Below are positions 51,183-62,982 of a stretch of 64,000 nucleotides of DNA, piece after piece. How positions within the stretch are numbered: the stretch's first letter is position 1; each line of letters starts with the position of its first letter. Origin of the DNA: the human T2T-CHM13v2.0 reference genome, Homo sapiens. The position numbers and the translations under genes were made by a program. Below the pieces are notes generated by a model. That model was given only the letters and a program-made list of their open reading frames with translations. It had not been told where the DNA came from and made no database searches. Where the stretch lies: assembly GCF_009914755.1 (NCBI RefSeq), contig NC_060942.1, one strand, 5' to 3'.

Positions 51183-52823
51183 TTATCGTCGGGAGAATCT
51201 TCCCTTGTAGTCTCGAATTGCCTTGGCCATCAGCGGGGCCACTTTCTTGGCAGCCTGTTTTCGGGTTTTGTCCGCGGGCGCCGCGTGCCGGTTGCTGCTG
51301 CCGCCGCCGCTCACGCTGCCGCCGTCGCCGTCCCCGAGGCCGGAGGGAGCCTGGCTGCTTCCTGCGGGCTTGGGGGCTGGCTCCATCTCTCCATTTCCGG
51401 GGTCAGCGGCTCCTGCAGACTTCTCTTGCCTCCTGGAAGCATCATAAGGCGTCTTGGCCACAGAGTTGAAACAGATCATCTTTGTCTGTCGGCCGCTGGG
51501 TTTGTTTTCACGTGCGGATCGGATTTTCGTGGTCACTACTCGCAGCCGCTGCTCTCGGGCGTCCCGAAGCCGCAGGTACAGCTCCCGCCAAGACTCGTGC
51601 TCCTGTGGCTTTTCTTCCTTGAAGTCCTGGAGGCAATGAATCCTCCATAATTCATCTGTCTCTCGAGCGAGTGCGGCATTGTCTTTCTCTGTGCGGTACA
51701 GCTGATCGGGCGTCCACCCTTCCAGAACGGGTTCAAGAACCGAGTAGGGGACCCCTTCCACGTCGCCGAGGGCGTCCGGATTGTTCCTAGGCACCCGGAG
51801 GCACTGCTGGCGCAGCGTCGGCACCTGGAGCTGGCAGGCAGGCCTGGAGCCCGAGTACACCGGCATCTTAGCGTTCACTCTGCGTCCAGGGAAAGCAGCT
51901 TCCTCCTGGAGCGCTGGCGCGCAGAGTGCTTCTGGGTTTGCCTGGGAGGTCATGGCCTCAAAAGCGGACAGCAGATCGTAGTTGGCCTGCATCCAGGCCT
52001 CTGAGGGGTCCCAGAGCTCCGAGAAGACATGGCTGGGCACCGTTTTCGGCCCGGCGGAATCAGCGCCGGCCGCCTGCAGCCTCTCTGACTGGCTTTCCTG
52101 GACAGGAGGCGATTTCTGAGCCGAAGCCCCGCGGGACGATTTGTGCCCCTTGCTGTGGCTCCCCACCGCTTCCCCCTGGGGTTGGCCCTGGCAGCCTTGA
52201 CCCAGCAGAGGCCCGCCCTGAGCGGCGTGAGCGTGGCCTCTTCCGGGTTGCTCCCCGGGCACAGCGGGCTCAGGGCCCTCGGGCATCGGGAGGGGAGCGG
52301 TGCGCGTTGGAGGGTCCCGATGGGGGCCGGAATCAGCTGGGGCCATTCTGGGGCGCTTTCTCTCGGCTCTGGGCTCGCGACTGGGAGACCTCGGGTGAGG
52401 TCTCTGTTGCCCCGGAGGTGTTCTGCGTGCTGTCCGTCTGTGCTCAGGGCTGTGAGATGGGCTCCTGGGGGCCGTCGCGTTTTCTGGGAAGCCCCAGGCC
52501 TTTTCCCGCTCCTGAAGAGCCTCCCCGAAGCGCTGTCGGGAAGCGCTCTCCTCAGGGTCCTGCGGGTCAGGCCCGGTGTTTCGGTCCACGAGCACCAGCT
52601 TCTTCCACCGGGCCGCTAAGTCTCTGGCAAAGTCGCCCACGTGCTGGTGCTTCCGCAGGCGCTTCACCGTCTTTCTGATTCCAGTCTCCGCCAGGATGTC
52701 TGCGGTCATGGGCAAGGCGGAGAGTTTCTGCAAATATTTCTCTAGCTTTTTCGGCTCCGTCTTAGTGGCCAGACGCACCTGCAGCTTCCCCACTGCGCGC
52801 AGCGTAGTGGACCCTGCCGCCAT
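51183..52823 (-). CDS. ELOA3: Elongin A3, copy 4 (546 aa; 36-bp 3'UTR deletion)
   Basis: Intact ORF; translation matches copy 2. Confidence 0.97.
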   Translation of the reverse strand: MAAGSTTLRAVGKLQVRLATKTEPKKLEKYLQKLSALPMTADILAETGIRKTVKRLRKHQHVGDFARDLAARWKKLVLVDRNTGPDPQDPEESASRQRFGEALQEREKAWGFPENATAPRSPSHSPEHRRTARRTPPGQQRPHPRSPSREPRAERKRPRMAPADSGPHRDPPTRTAPLPMPEGPEPAVPGEQPGRGHAHAAQGGPLLGQGCQGQPQGEAVGSHSKGHKSSRGASAQKSPPVQESQSERLQAAGADSAGPKTVPSHVFSELWDPSEAWMQANYDLLSAFEAMTSQANPEALCAPALQEEAAFPGRRVNAKMPVYSGSRPACQLQVPTLRQQCLRVPRNNPDALGDVEGVPYSVLEPVLEGWTPDQLYRTEKDNAALARETDELWRIHCLQDFKEEKPQEHESWRELYLRLRDAREQRLRVVTTKIRSARENKPSGRQTKMICFNSVAKTPYDASRRQEKSAGAADPGNGEMEPAPKPAGSSQAPSGLGDGDGGSVSGGGSSNRHAAPADKTRKQAAKKVAPLMAKAIRDYKGRFSRR

Positions 52824-53129
52824 CTCGCCAGAGCTGTGCAGGCGTCGCTGTCCTCGCGGTCGCGGCTCTGTCCGAGCTCGGGGCGGCGGCACAGGCAGTC
52901 TGGGGTGGCCGGTCCTCGCTGCCCGGTCGCCAGGCGGCGACCTCGGGATGTGGAGTCACAGCCTGGAGCGAGCTGGGTCCTCGGAGCAGCGGGCCACTTG
53001 GTCTGGAACGCCGGTCCTTGCAGACAGCTGAGCAGGCCCGCTTCTGTTCCTCGGGATGTGCGGCCGCAGCCTGGAGTGTGACCTGTGCGGTGCGCCGTCC
53101 AAGGCGGAGTGAAGCTCCGCTGCCAGAGC

Positions 53130-53300
53130 CCGGCCTTATATAGCCAGCCCCGGGCCCACCCAGGGCTCAAGCCCTGACCCCCCTGGGCCCCTGGGCTGCC
53201 CCGCCCCGATAGGAATTCATTCCGTCAGCCCAACGCAGCCAATCGGGGCGGTCCACGCCAGGTGGACTGCTGTGCCCCGCGGGGTCATTAGGTTAATTGC
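53130..53300 (-). promoter_or_regulatory. ELOA3 core promoter, unit 4
   Basis: Same motifs; TATA at 53136-53142. Confidence 0.8.
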
Positions 53301-53489
53301 AGCCTGGACACACCCCACTGAGTTCTACCGTTGGCCCTCCATGTACCCAGCTTCCACATCTGTGGATTCCAAAAGACACAGAGAGAATCTTCTTGGGAGT
53401 AAAAGCGAAAATAACAACACCGCAAGACAGAATCGTAGGAAGAAGAACCAACAGAGGATGACAACTCTTTACCTGGCATTGACGTTGTG

Positions 53490-54347
53490 TGAGGGGACTT
53501 GGAAACATTGGTAGAAAAGTGGGATTAAGGGAGAAAGAGGAAAAAGGCGTATTTTACTCCTCAACCTCGGCTCCATCAGCATCAAGACCCTTCTGGAAGC
53601 AGTGTCTTTTCCCCGCCGTCTAGCCCATCCCTTAAAGCCCCCAGGGTCCTGGGAATTTAACTATTTCCATGCAATCTTTTTTCCATTGTTAACTGAAGAA
53701 AACTGGGTGCCCCTTACAGGTTTTCCAAGACAAGGAAACAAAGAGAAGTCAGCAGGCGCCAAATCAGGATTGTCAGGTGGACGCCTCACGGTTTCCCATG
53801 GCAAGTCTTGCCCAGCTGCCCTTGTTCGAAGAAAGGCATGATCAGGAACACTGTCGTGGTGGAGAAGAAGTCTCTGGTGGGGACCTTCTTCGCTCCAGCT
53901 TTGGCTAACTTTCTGAAAACGCTCTGCTAGCGAGCAGATGTGATCAGGGTTTGGCCCTGCAGAAAGTCAACCAGCAGAATCCCTCTAGCATCTCCCCCCC
54001 CCCCCCCCGCCCCCAACGGTGGCCATGACCTCTGCTCTTGACTGCTCCTCTGCAGCTTCGACTGGAGCACTGCCACCTCTTGGTAGCCATGGCTTCGTGC
54101 TTGGTCTTCAGGATCCTGCCGGTAGAGCCAGGTTTCATCTCCTGTGACCAATCTTGGAAGAAATGCTTCAGGATCTTGCTCCCACCGGTTGTTTAAAATC
54201 TCCTCGGAAAGGCTTGCTCTGGCCTGCAGCTGATATTGGTGCCACGGTTTGGGCAGCCGAGTTCCACTCTCACCTTTCAGTCCAAATGAGGAAAACAGAA
54301 CCATTTGAAGTGTCTATGGTGTCGGCTATTGTTTCTGCTGTCGGCGG
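53490..54347 (-). mobile_element. Hsmar2 remnant, unit 4
   Basis: Copy of the unit 1 element. Confidence 0.88.
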
Positions 54348-54397
54348 CGATTTCGCGTAATGTTTACATTCTCACATGACTTTCTCTCTCTCTCTCT

Positions 54398-54446
<49 letters not shown>

Positions 54447-55277
54447 TCTTCTGCAGAAAGATAATCGTTATAGCCTGAGAATCGGGGAATGGGGATTCGG
54501 GTGTTAAGCCTTTTCTGAGAATTACCCTCCGTGTTGTGCAGAGAAATAAGTAAATTTGCTGTGTTTCCAGACTTCCAGCTGCCTCACGAAGAGGATCGTA
54601 GTGCAATACTGGCGATGCCTCCAGAGCTCCCTGAATGAGGTTTATCTTGTAAATAGGTGGGAAGAGAATTGAGCTGTCCTGGGTCAGTGTAGTAATGTTA
54701 CAGCAGGATCCTTAGGTTGATGCTGAATTCTATCTGGGGTAGATTTATATTTTGTGCGGGGGTTGTTTCCTTTCTGTGTTTTCGAGCGGGATTGTCGCTG
54801 TGGGAGCAGGGATCTGCTAAGGTTTGTCTCGTTCTCCAGTAATGAATGAGTTTAATGGGTGCAGCCGCTGTTTTCAGTAGCATGCCAGTGGGGGCATCGA
54901 TGAGCTATGAGGGGCTAGAGCTTGCTCGGATTGTTTCCTTGTGTTTGTGTTTTGAGATGCGTTTGCTTGTGTCATGTTTGTTTTCCATTTTGGCAGGGGA
55001 AAGGTTTTCCAGGAAGAAAGGTTGTTGCCAGTGGATTTGGTTCCGAGGGGCTGGGGTTTCTGGCTGGGAGTGGGGAGGGGCTGCACGGTGATCGGTGGCT
55101 ACTCCACCTCCAGAAAGAGCGTGTGGCTTCTCTGCCTCGGGGAGGATATTCTGCTCTCTTGTGAGTTTTGCAAGCCACCCGAGATTCTCTCTTGAATTGC
55201 TGTCAAGAAATAGAGACCGGCGTTGTCTCTGGCCCTCGCTGGGGAAGCTTTTCTGAGGTTTTGTTTTTTTAATTTGA

Positions 55278-55382
<105 letters not shown>

Positions 55383-57098
55383 TGAGTAGCTGGGATTACA
55401 GGCGCTCGCCAGCAAGCCCAACCGAGTTTCGTCTTTTTAGAAGAGACGGGATTTCCTCATGTTGGTCAGGCTGGTCTGCAACTCCGGACGTCAGGGGGTC
55501 CGCCGGCCTCGACCTCCCAAAGCGATGGGAATAGAGGCGTGAGTCACCGTGCCCGGACATGTCTGAGTTTCACAGGGTCGCTGATTGGATTATGTCCCCT
55601 TCCCCGGCACGAATGCTTTTCTGTCTTCCTTAAGGGTAGTATCTCTGTGGCACCCTGTTCTGGCTCCTTACGTGTTCTTCAGGCTTGAAGGCCTCTTTTC
55701 ACGTGCACCGGCATCCACTCAGGTGCCTGCTTCCAGAAGCTTCCCAGCACCCACTCTGCTGACAGCCAAGGGCACAGGACTTTGATCTCTTCTGCTGCCC
55801 TTGCTGGGTTTTGCCTTGCGGCTTAGGTCTTTCTATTTCTCTCTCTATCCCTCACTGTCGGTAACGCCTAAGAACCAAGTTTACTTAATGGTGTGTGTGT
55901 GTGTGTGCGCGCGCGCGTCCGTGTGCGTGCTCATGTGTGCGTGTGCGTGTGTGTGTGCGTGTCTTTCTTTGTGTGTATGTGTGTGTGTCGTATCTGGCAC
56001 ACGGACCTGTGATTACCAGCCCGCGTGAAGCCAACAAATGCCCTGAGTTAGAATGCAAACTTTCACCAAAGCTTGCAGGAGCTCGTAGGAGGTGAACTCA
56101 AGGTAGTTAACCCGGTCATCTCATGGTAATTAGAAACTCTGCTTGGCAGGTTTAGACTTCCTGATCGAGAACCTAAAGAAGCTGATTGAGGTGTCGCCAT
56201 TCTTTCACAGGGGTTCTGGCTGAAAAGATTGGGATTGATTCTTTGCCGTGCTTAGTAAAAGTATTTTGACTTAAGGAACGTAGCAGTTGTTAGCATTTAT
56301 GTATGAAATCCAGGAGTTCCTTTCTTCAGATAAACAGCAGGTTTCTTTGAGATGTGCTCCGCTTGTGTCACCCAGGCTGGAGTGCAGTGGAATGAGGAAG
56401 GGTCACTGCAGCCTCCGCTTGCCCAGCTCAGGCGATCCTGCCACCTCAGCCCTCTAAGAAGCTGGGACCACAGGGGCCGTGCCACCACGCCGGGCTCATT
56501 TTGGTATCTTTTGTGGAGACGGGGTTTCTCCGTTTGGCCCAGCCTGTTCTCCACCTCCTGGGCTGCAGCGATCTGCTTTCCTCGGCCTCCCAGAGGAGGA
56601 TGGCCGACGATTACAGGATCATGCCCGGCCTTTTCCCCGAAAGAAAACACCAACAGCAACAAAACATTTTGCGTAGTCGGAGTTATCAGTGTCAACTGGT
56701 GGATTGAGAGTTTGTGTCTAAGAAGTCCTTCCTTATGCACTGGATGATTTCAAAAGAAAGGAGAAAAGACAAAAGGGAATCTCACATCTTGTACCTGATT
56801 TATGATTGCAACTAGGGCGTTATTTAAAAGACGATCAGTGAACCACCAAAGTAGAATTGATCCGAATGCGTTCATAATATCTTCTGAATTCTGAGGTGTC
56901 CTCCAAGCAGGGAGGCAGTGGCTGGGTGTGGGAGGCAAAAATCACAGGGCCAGCACTTGACACCTGCAGGATTCGGAGGCTCAACTTTGCACCAAGCCAA
57001 GGGTTCTGGTGTCCGTCGCAAGTTTCGTTCCCCAACCCGCATTGACTTTGCATTGGCCCTCCTCCCCCCGGATTTTATCCGTAAGGCAAGTCCTGAGT

Positions 57099-58739
57099 TT
57101 ATCGTCGGGAGAATCTTCCCTTGTAGTCTCGAATTGCCTTGGCCATCAGCGGGGCCACTTTCTTGGCAGCCTGTTTTCGGGTTTTGTCCGCGGGCGCCGC
57201 GTGCCGGTTGCTGCTGCCGCCGCCGCTCACGCTGCCGCCGTCGCCGTCCCCGAGGCCGGAGGGAGCCTGGCTGCTTCCTGCGGGCTTGGGGGCTGGCTCC
57301 ATCTCTCCATTTCCGGGGTCAGCGGCTCCTGCAGACTTCTCTTGCCTCCTGGAAGCATCATAAGGCGTCTTGGCCACAGAGTTGAAACAGATCATCTTTG
57401 TCTGTCGGCCGCTGGGTTTGTTTTCACGTGCGGATCGGATTTTCGTGGTCACTACTCGCAGCCGCTGCTCTCGGGCGTCCCGAAGCCGCAGGTACAGCTC
57501 CCGCCAAGACTCGTGCTCCTGTGGCTTTTCTTCCTTGAAGTCCTGGAGGCAATGAATCCTCCATAATTCATCTGTCTCTCGAGCGAGTGCGGCATTGTCT
57601 TTCTCTGTGCGGTACAGCTGATCGGGCGTCCACCCTTCCAGAACGGGTTCAAGAACCGAGTAGGGGACCCCTTCCACGTCGCCGAGGGCGTCCGGATTGT
57701 TCCTAGGCACCCGGAGGCACTGCTGGCGCAGCGTCGGCACCTGGAGCTGGCAGGCAGGCCTGGAGCCCGAGTACACCGGCATCTTAGCGTTCACTCTGCG
57801 TCCAGGGAAAGCAGCTTCCTCCTGGAGCGCTGGCGCGCAGAGTGCTTCTGGGTTTGCCTGGGAGGTCATGGCCTCAAAAGCGGACAGCAGATCGTAGTTG
57901 GCCTGCATCCAGGCCTCTGAGGGGTCCCAGAGCTCCGAGAAGACATGGCTGGGCACCGTTTTCGGCCCGGCGGAATCAGCGCCGGCCGCCTGCAGCCTCT
58001 CTGACTGGCTTTCCTGGACAGGAGGCGATTTCTGAGCCGAAGCCCCGCGGGACGATTTGTGCCCCTTGCTGTGGCTCCCCACCGCTTCCCCCTGGGGTTG
58101 GCCCTGGCAGCCTTGACCCAGCAGAGGCCCGCCCTGAGCGGCGTGAGCGTGGCCTCTTCCGGGTTGCTCCCCGGGCACAGCGGGCTCAGGGCCCTCGGGC
58201 ATCGGGAGGGGAGCGGTGCGCGTTGGAGGGTCCCGATGGGGGCCGGAATCAGCTGGGGCCATTCTGGGGCGCTTTCTCTCGGCTCTGGGCTCGCGACTGG
58301 GAGACCTCGGGTGAGGTCTCTGTTGCCCCGGAGGTGTTCTGCGTGCTGTCCGTCTGTGCTCAGGGCTGTGAGATGGGCTCCTGGGGGCCGTCGCGTTTTC
58401 TGGGAAGCCCCAGGCCTTTTCCCGCTCCTGAAGAGCCTCCCCGAAGCGCTGTCGGGAAGCGCTCTCCTCAGGGTCCTGCGGGTCAGGCCCGGTGTTTCGG
58501 TCCACGAGCACCAGCTTCTTCCACCGGGCCGCTAAGTCTCTGGCAAAGTCGCCCACGTGCTGGTGCTTCCGCAGGCGCTTCACCGTCTTTCTGATTCCAG
58601 TCTCCGCCAGGATGTCTGCGGTCATGGGCAAGGCGGAGAGTTTCTGCAAATATTTCTCTAGCTTTTTCGGCTCCGTCTTAGTGGCCAGACGCACCTGCAG
58701 CTTCCCCACTGCGCGCAGCGTAGTGGACCCTGCCGCCAT
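57099..58739 (-). CDS. ELOA3: Elongin A3, copy 5 (546 aa)
   Basis: Intact ORF; translation matches copy 2. Confidence 0.97.
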   Translation of the reverse strand: MAAGSTTLRAVGKLQVRLATKTEPKKLEKYLQKLSALPMTADILAETGIRKTVKRLRKHQHVGDFARDLAARWKKLVLVDRNTGPDPQDPEESASRQRFGEALQEREKAWGFPENATAPRSPSHSPEHRRTARRTPPGQQRPHPRSPSREPRAERKRPRMAPADSGPHRDPPTRTAPLPMPEGPEPAVPGEQPGRGHAHAAQGGPLLGQGCQGQPQGEAVGSHSKGHKSSRGASAQKSPPVQESQSERLQAAGADSAGPKTVPSHVFSELWDPSEAWMQANYDLLSAFEAMTSQANPEALCAPALQEEAAFPGRRVNAKMPVYSGSRPACQLQVPTLRQQCLRVPRNNPDALGDVEGVPYSVLEPVLEGWTPDQLYRTEKDNAALARETDELWRIHCLQDFKEEKPQEHESWRELYLRLRDAREQRLRVVTTKIRSARENKPSGRQTKMICFNSVAKTPYDASRRQEKSAGAADPGNGEMEPAPKPAGSSQAPSGLGDGDGGSVSGGGSSNRHAAPADKTRKQAAKKVAPLMAKAIRDYKGRFSRR

Positions 58740-59045
58740 CTCGCCAGAGCTGTGCAGGCGTCGCTGTCCTCGCGGTCGCGGCTCTGTCCGAGCTCGGGGC
58801 GGCGGCACAGGCAGTCTGGGGTGGCCGGTCCTCGCTGCCCGGTCGCCAGGCGGCGACCTCGGGATGTGGAGTCACAGCCTGGAGCGAGCTGGGTCCTCGG
58901 AGCAGCGGGCCACTTGGTCTGGAACGCCGGTCCTTGCAGACAGCTGAGCAGGCCCGCTTCTGTTCCTCGGGATGTGCGGCCGCAGCCTGGAGTGTGACCT
59001 GTGCGGTGCGCCGTCCAAGGCGGAGTGAAGCTCCGCTGCCAGAGC

Positions 59046-59216
59046 CCGGCCTTATATAGCCAGCCCCGGGCCCACCCAGGGCTCAAGCCCTGACCCCCCT
59101 GGGCCCCTGGGCTGCCCCGCCCCGATAGGAATTCATTCCGTCAGCCCAACGCAGCCAATCGGGGCGGTCCACGCCAGGTGGACTGCTGTGCCCCGCGGGG
59201 TCATTAGGTTAATTGC
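59046..59216 (-). promoter_or_regulatory. ELOA3 core promoter, unit 5
   Basis: Same motifs; TATA at 59052-59058. Confidence 0.8.
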
Positions 59217-59405
59217 AGCCTGGACACACCCCACTGAGTTCTACCGTTGGCCCTCCATGTACCCAGCTTCCACATCTGTGGATTCCAAAAGACACAGAGA
59301 GAATCTTCTTGGGAGTAAAAGCGAAAATAACAACACCGCAAGACAGAATCGTAGGAAGAAGAACCAACAGAGGATGACAACTCTTTACCTGGCATTGACG
59401 TTGTG

Positions 59406-60265
59406 TGAGGGGACTTGGAAACATTGGTAGAAAAGTGGGATTAAGGGAGAAAGAGGAAAAAGGCGTATTTTACTCCTCAACCTCGGCTCCATCAGCATCA
59501 AGACCCTTCTGGAAGCAGTGTCTTTTCCCCGCCGTCTAGCCCATCCCTTAAAGCCCCCAGGGTCCTGGGAATTTAACTATTTCCATGCAATCTTTTTTCC
59601 ATTGTTAACTGAAGAAAACTGGGTGCCCCTTACAGGTTTTCCAAGACAAGGAAACAAAGAGAAGTCAGCAGGCGCCAAATCAGGATTGTCAGGTGGACGC
59701 CTCACGGTTTCCCATGGCAAGTCTTGCCCAGCTGCCCTTGTTCGAAGAAAGGCATGATCAGGAACACTGTCGTGGTGGAGAAGAAGTCTCTGGTGGGGAC
59801 CTTCTTCGCTCCAGCTTTGGCTAACTTTCTGAAAACGCTCTGCTAGCGAGCAGATGTGATCAGGGTTTGGCCCTGCAGAAAGTCAACCAGCAGAATCCCT
59901 CTAGCATCTCCCCCCCCCCCCCCCCCGCCCCCAACGGTGGCCATGACCTCTGCTCTTGACTGCTCCTCTGCAGCTTCGACTGGAGCACTGCCACCTCTTG
60001 GTAGCCATGGCTTCGTGCTTGGTCTTCAGGATCCTGCCGGTAGAGCCAGGTTTCATCTCCTGTGACCAATCTTGGAAGAAATGCTTCAGGATCTTGCTCC
60101 CACCGGTTGTTTAAAATCTCCTCGGAAAGGCTTGCTCTGGCCTGCAGCTGATATTGGTGCCACGGTTTGGGCAGCCGAGTTCCACTCTCACCTTTCAGTC
60201 CAAATGAGGAAAACAGAACCATTTGAAGTGTCTATGGTGTCGGCTATTGTTTCTGCTGTCGGCGG
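59406..60265 (-). mobile_element. Hsmar2 remnant, unit 5
   Basis: Copy of the unit 1 element. Confidence 0.88.
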
Positions 60266-60315
60266 CGATTTCGCGTAATGTTTACATTCTCACATGACTT
60301 TCTCTCTCTCTCTCT

Positions 60316-60366
<51 letters not shown>

Positions 60367-61197
60367 TCTTCTGCAGAAAGATAATCGTTATAGCCTGAGA
60401 ATCGGGGAATGGGGATTCGGGTGTTAAGCCTTTTCTGAGAATTACCCTCCGTGTTGTGCAGAGAAATAAGTAAATTTGCTGTGTTTCCAGACTTCCAGCT
60501 GCCTCACGAAGAGGATCGTAGTGCAATACTGGCGATGCCTCCAGAGCTCCCTGAATGAGGTTTATCTTGTAAATAGGTGGGAAGAGAATTGAGCTGTCCT
60601 GGGTCAGTGTAGTAATGTTACAGCAGGATCCTTAGGTTGATGCTGAATTCTATCTGGGGTAGATTTATATTTTGTGCGGGGGTTGTTTCCTTTCTGTGTT
60701 TTCGAGCGGGATTGTCGCTGTGGGAGCAGGGATCTGCTAAGGTTTGTCTCGTTCTCCAGTAATGAATGAGTTTAATGGGTGCAGCCGCTGTTTTCAGTAG
60801 CATGCCAGTGGGGGCATCGATGAGCTATGAGGGGCTAGAGCTTGCTCGGATTGTTTCCTTGTGTTTGTGTTTTGAGATGCGTTTGCTTGTGTCATGTTTG
60901 TTTTCCATTTTGGCAGGGGAAAGGTTTTCCAGGAAGAAAGGTTGTTGCCAGTGGATTTGGTTCCGAGGGGCTGGGGTTTCTGGCTGGGAGTGGGGAGGGG
61001 CTGCACGGTGATCGGTGGCTACTCCACCTCCAGAAAGAGCGTGTGGCTTCTCTGCCTCGGGGAGGATATTCTGCTCTCTTGTGAGTTTTGCAAGCCACCC
61101 GAGATTCTCTCTTGAATTGCTGTCAAGAAATAGAGACCGGCGTTGTCTCTGGCCCTCGCTGGGGAAGCTTTTCTGAGGTTTTGTTTTTTTAATTTGA

Positions 61198-61302
<105 letters not shown>

Positions 61303-62982
61303 TGAGTAGCTGGGATTACAGGCGCTCGCCAGCAAGCCCAACCGAGTTTCGTCTTTTTAGAAGAGACGGGATTTCCTCATGTTGGTCAGGCTGGTCTGCA
61401 ACTCCGGACGTCAGGGGGTCCGCCGGCCTCGACCTCCCAAAGCGATGGGAATAGAGGCGTGAGTCACCGTGCCCGGACATGTCTGAGTTTCACAGGGTCG
61501 CTGATTGGATTATGTCCCCTTCCCCGGCACGAATGCTTTTCTGTCTTCCTTAAGGGTAGTATCTCTGTGGCACCCTGTTCTGGCTCCTTACGTGTTCTTC
61601 AGGCTTGAAGGCCTCTTTTCACGTGCACCGGCATCCACTCAGGTGCCTGCTTCCAGAAGCTTCCCAGCACCCACTCTGCTGACAGCCAAGGGCACAGGAC
61701 TTTGATCTCTTCTGCTGCCCTTGCTGGGTTTTGCCTTGCGGCTTAGGTCTTTCTATTTCTCTCTCTATCCCTCACTGTCGGTAACGCCTAAGAACCAAGT
61801 TTACTTAATGGTGTGTGTGTGTGTGTGCGCGCGCGCGTCCGTGTGCGTGCTCATGTGTGCGTGTGCGTGTGTGTGTGCGTGTCTTTCTTTGTGTGTATGT
61901 GTGTGTGTCGTATCTGGCACACGGACCTGTGATTACCAGCCCGCGTGAAGCCAACAAATGCCCTGAGTTAGAATGCAAACTTTCACCAAAGCTTGCAGGA
62001 GCTCGTAGGAGGTGAACTCAAGGTAGTTAACCCGGTCATCTCATGGTAATTAGAAACTCTGCTTGGCAGGTTTAGACTTCCTGATCGAGAACCTAAAGAA
62101 GCTGATTGAGGTGTCGCCATTCTTTCACAGGGGTTCTGGCTGAAAAGATTGGGATTGATTCTTTGCCGTGCTTAGTAAAAGTATTTTGACTTAAGGAACG
62201 TAGCAGTTGTTAGCATTTATGTATGAAATCCAGGAGTTCCTTTCTTCAGATAAACAGCAGGTTTCTTTGAGATGTGCTCCGCTTGTGTCACCCAGGCTGG
62301 AGTGCAGTGGAATGAGGAAGGGTCACTGCAGCCTCCGCTTGCCCAGCTCAGGCGATCCTGCCACCTCAGCCCTCTAAGAAGCTGGGACCACAGGGGCCGT
62401 GCCACCACGCCGGGCTCATTTTGGTATCTTTTGTGGAGACGGGGTTTCTCCGTTTGGCCCAGCCTGTTCTCCACCTCCTGGGCTGCAGCGATCTGCTTTC
62501 CTCGGCCTCCCAGAGGAGGATGGCCGACGATTACAGGATCATGCCCGGCCTTTTCCCCGAAAGAAAACACCAACAGCAACAAAACATTTTGCGTAGTCGG
62601 AGTTATCAGTGTCAACTGGTGGATTGAGAGTTTGTGTCTAAGAAGTCCTTCCTTATGCACTGGATGATTTCAAAAGAAAGGAGAAAAGACAAAAGGGAAT
62701 CTCACATCTTGTACCTGATTTATGATTGCAACTAGGGCGTTATTTAAAAGACGATCAGTGAACCACCAAAGTAGAATTGATCCGAATGCGTTCATAATAT
62801 CTTCTGAATTCTGAGGTGTCCTCCAAGCAGGGAGGCAGTGGCTGGGTGTGGGAGGCAAAAATCACAGGGCCAGCACTTGACACCTGCAGGATTCGGAGGC
62901 TCAACTTTGCACCAAGCAACCCGCATTGACTTTGCATTGGCCCTCCTCCCCCCGGATTTTATCCGTAAGGCAAGTCCTGAGT

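Noticed and set aside
53927-54304. Longer transposase-like ORF in unit 4, suggesting a poly-G phase switch
   Set aside because: Another frameshift near RSHGYQ, in-frame stops and the missing N-terminus mean no tract length restores a transposase.
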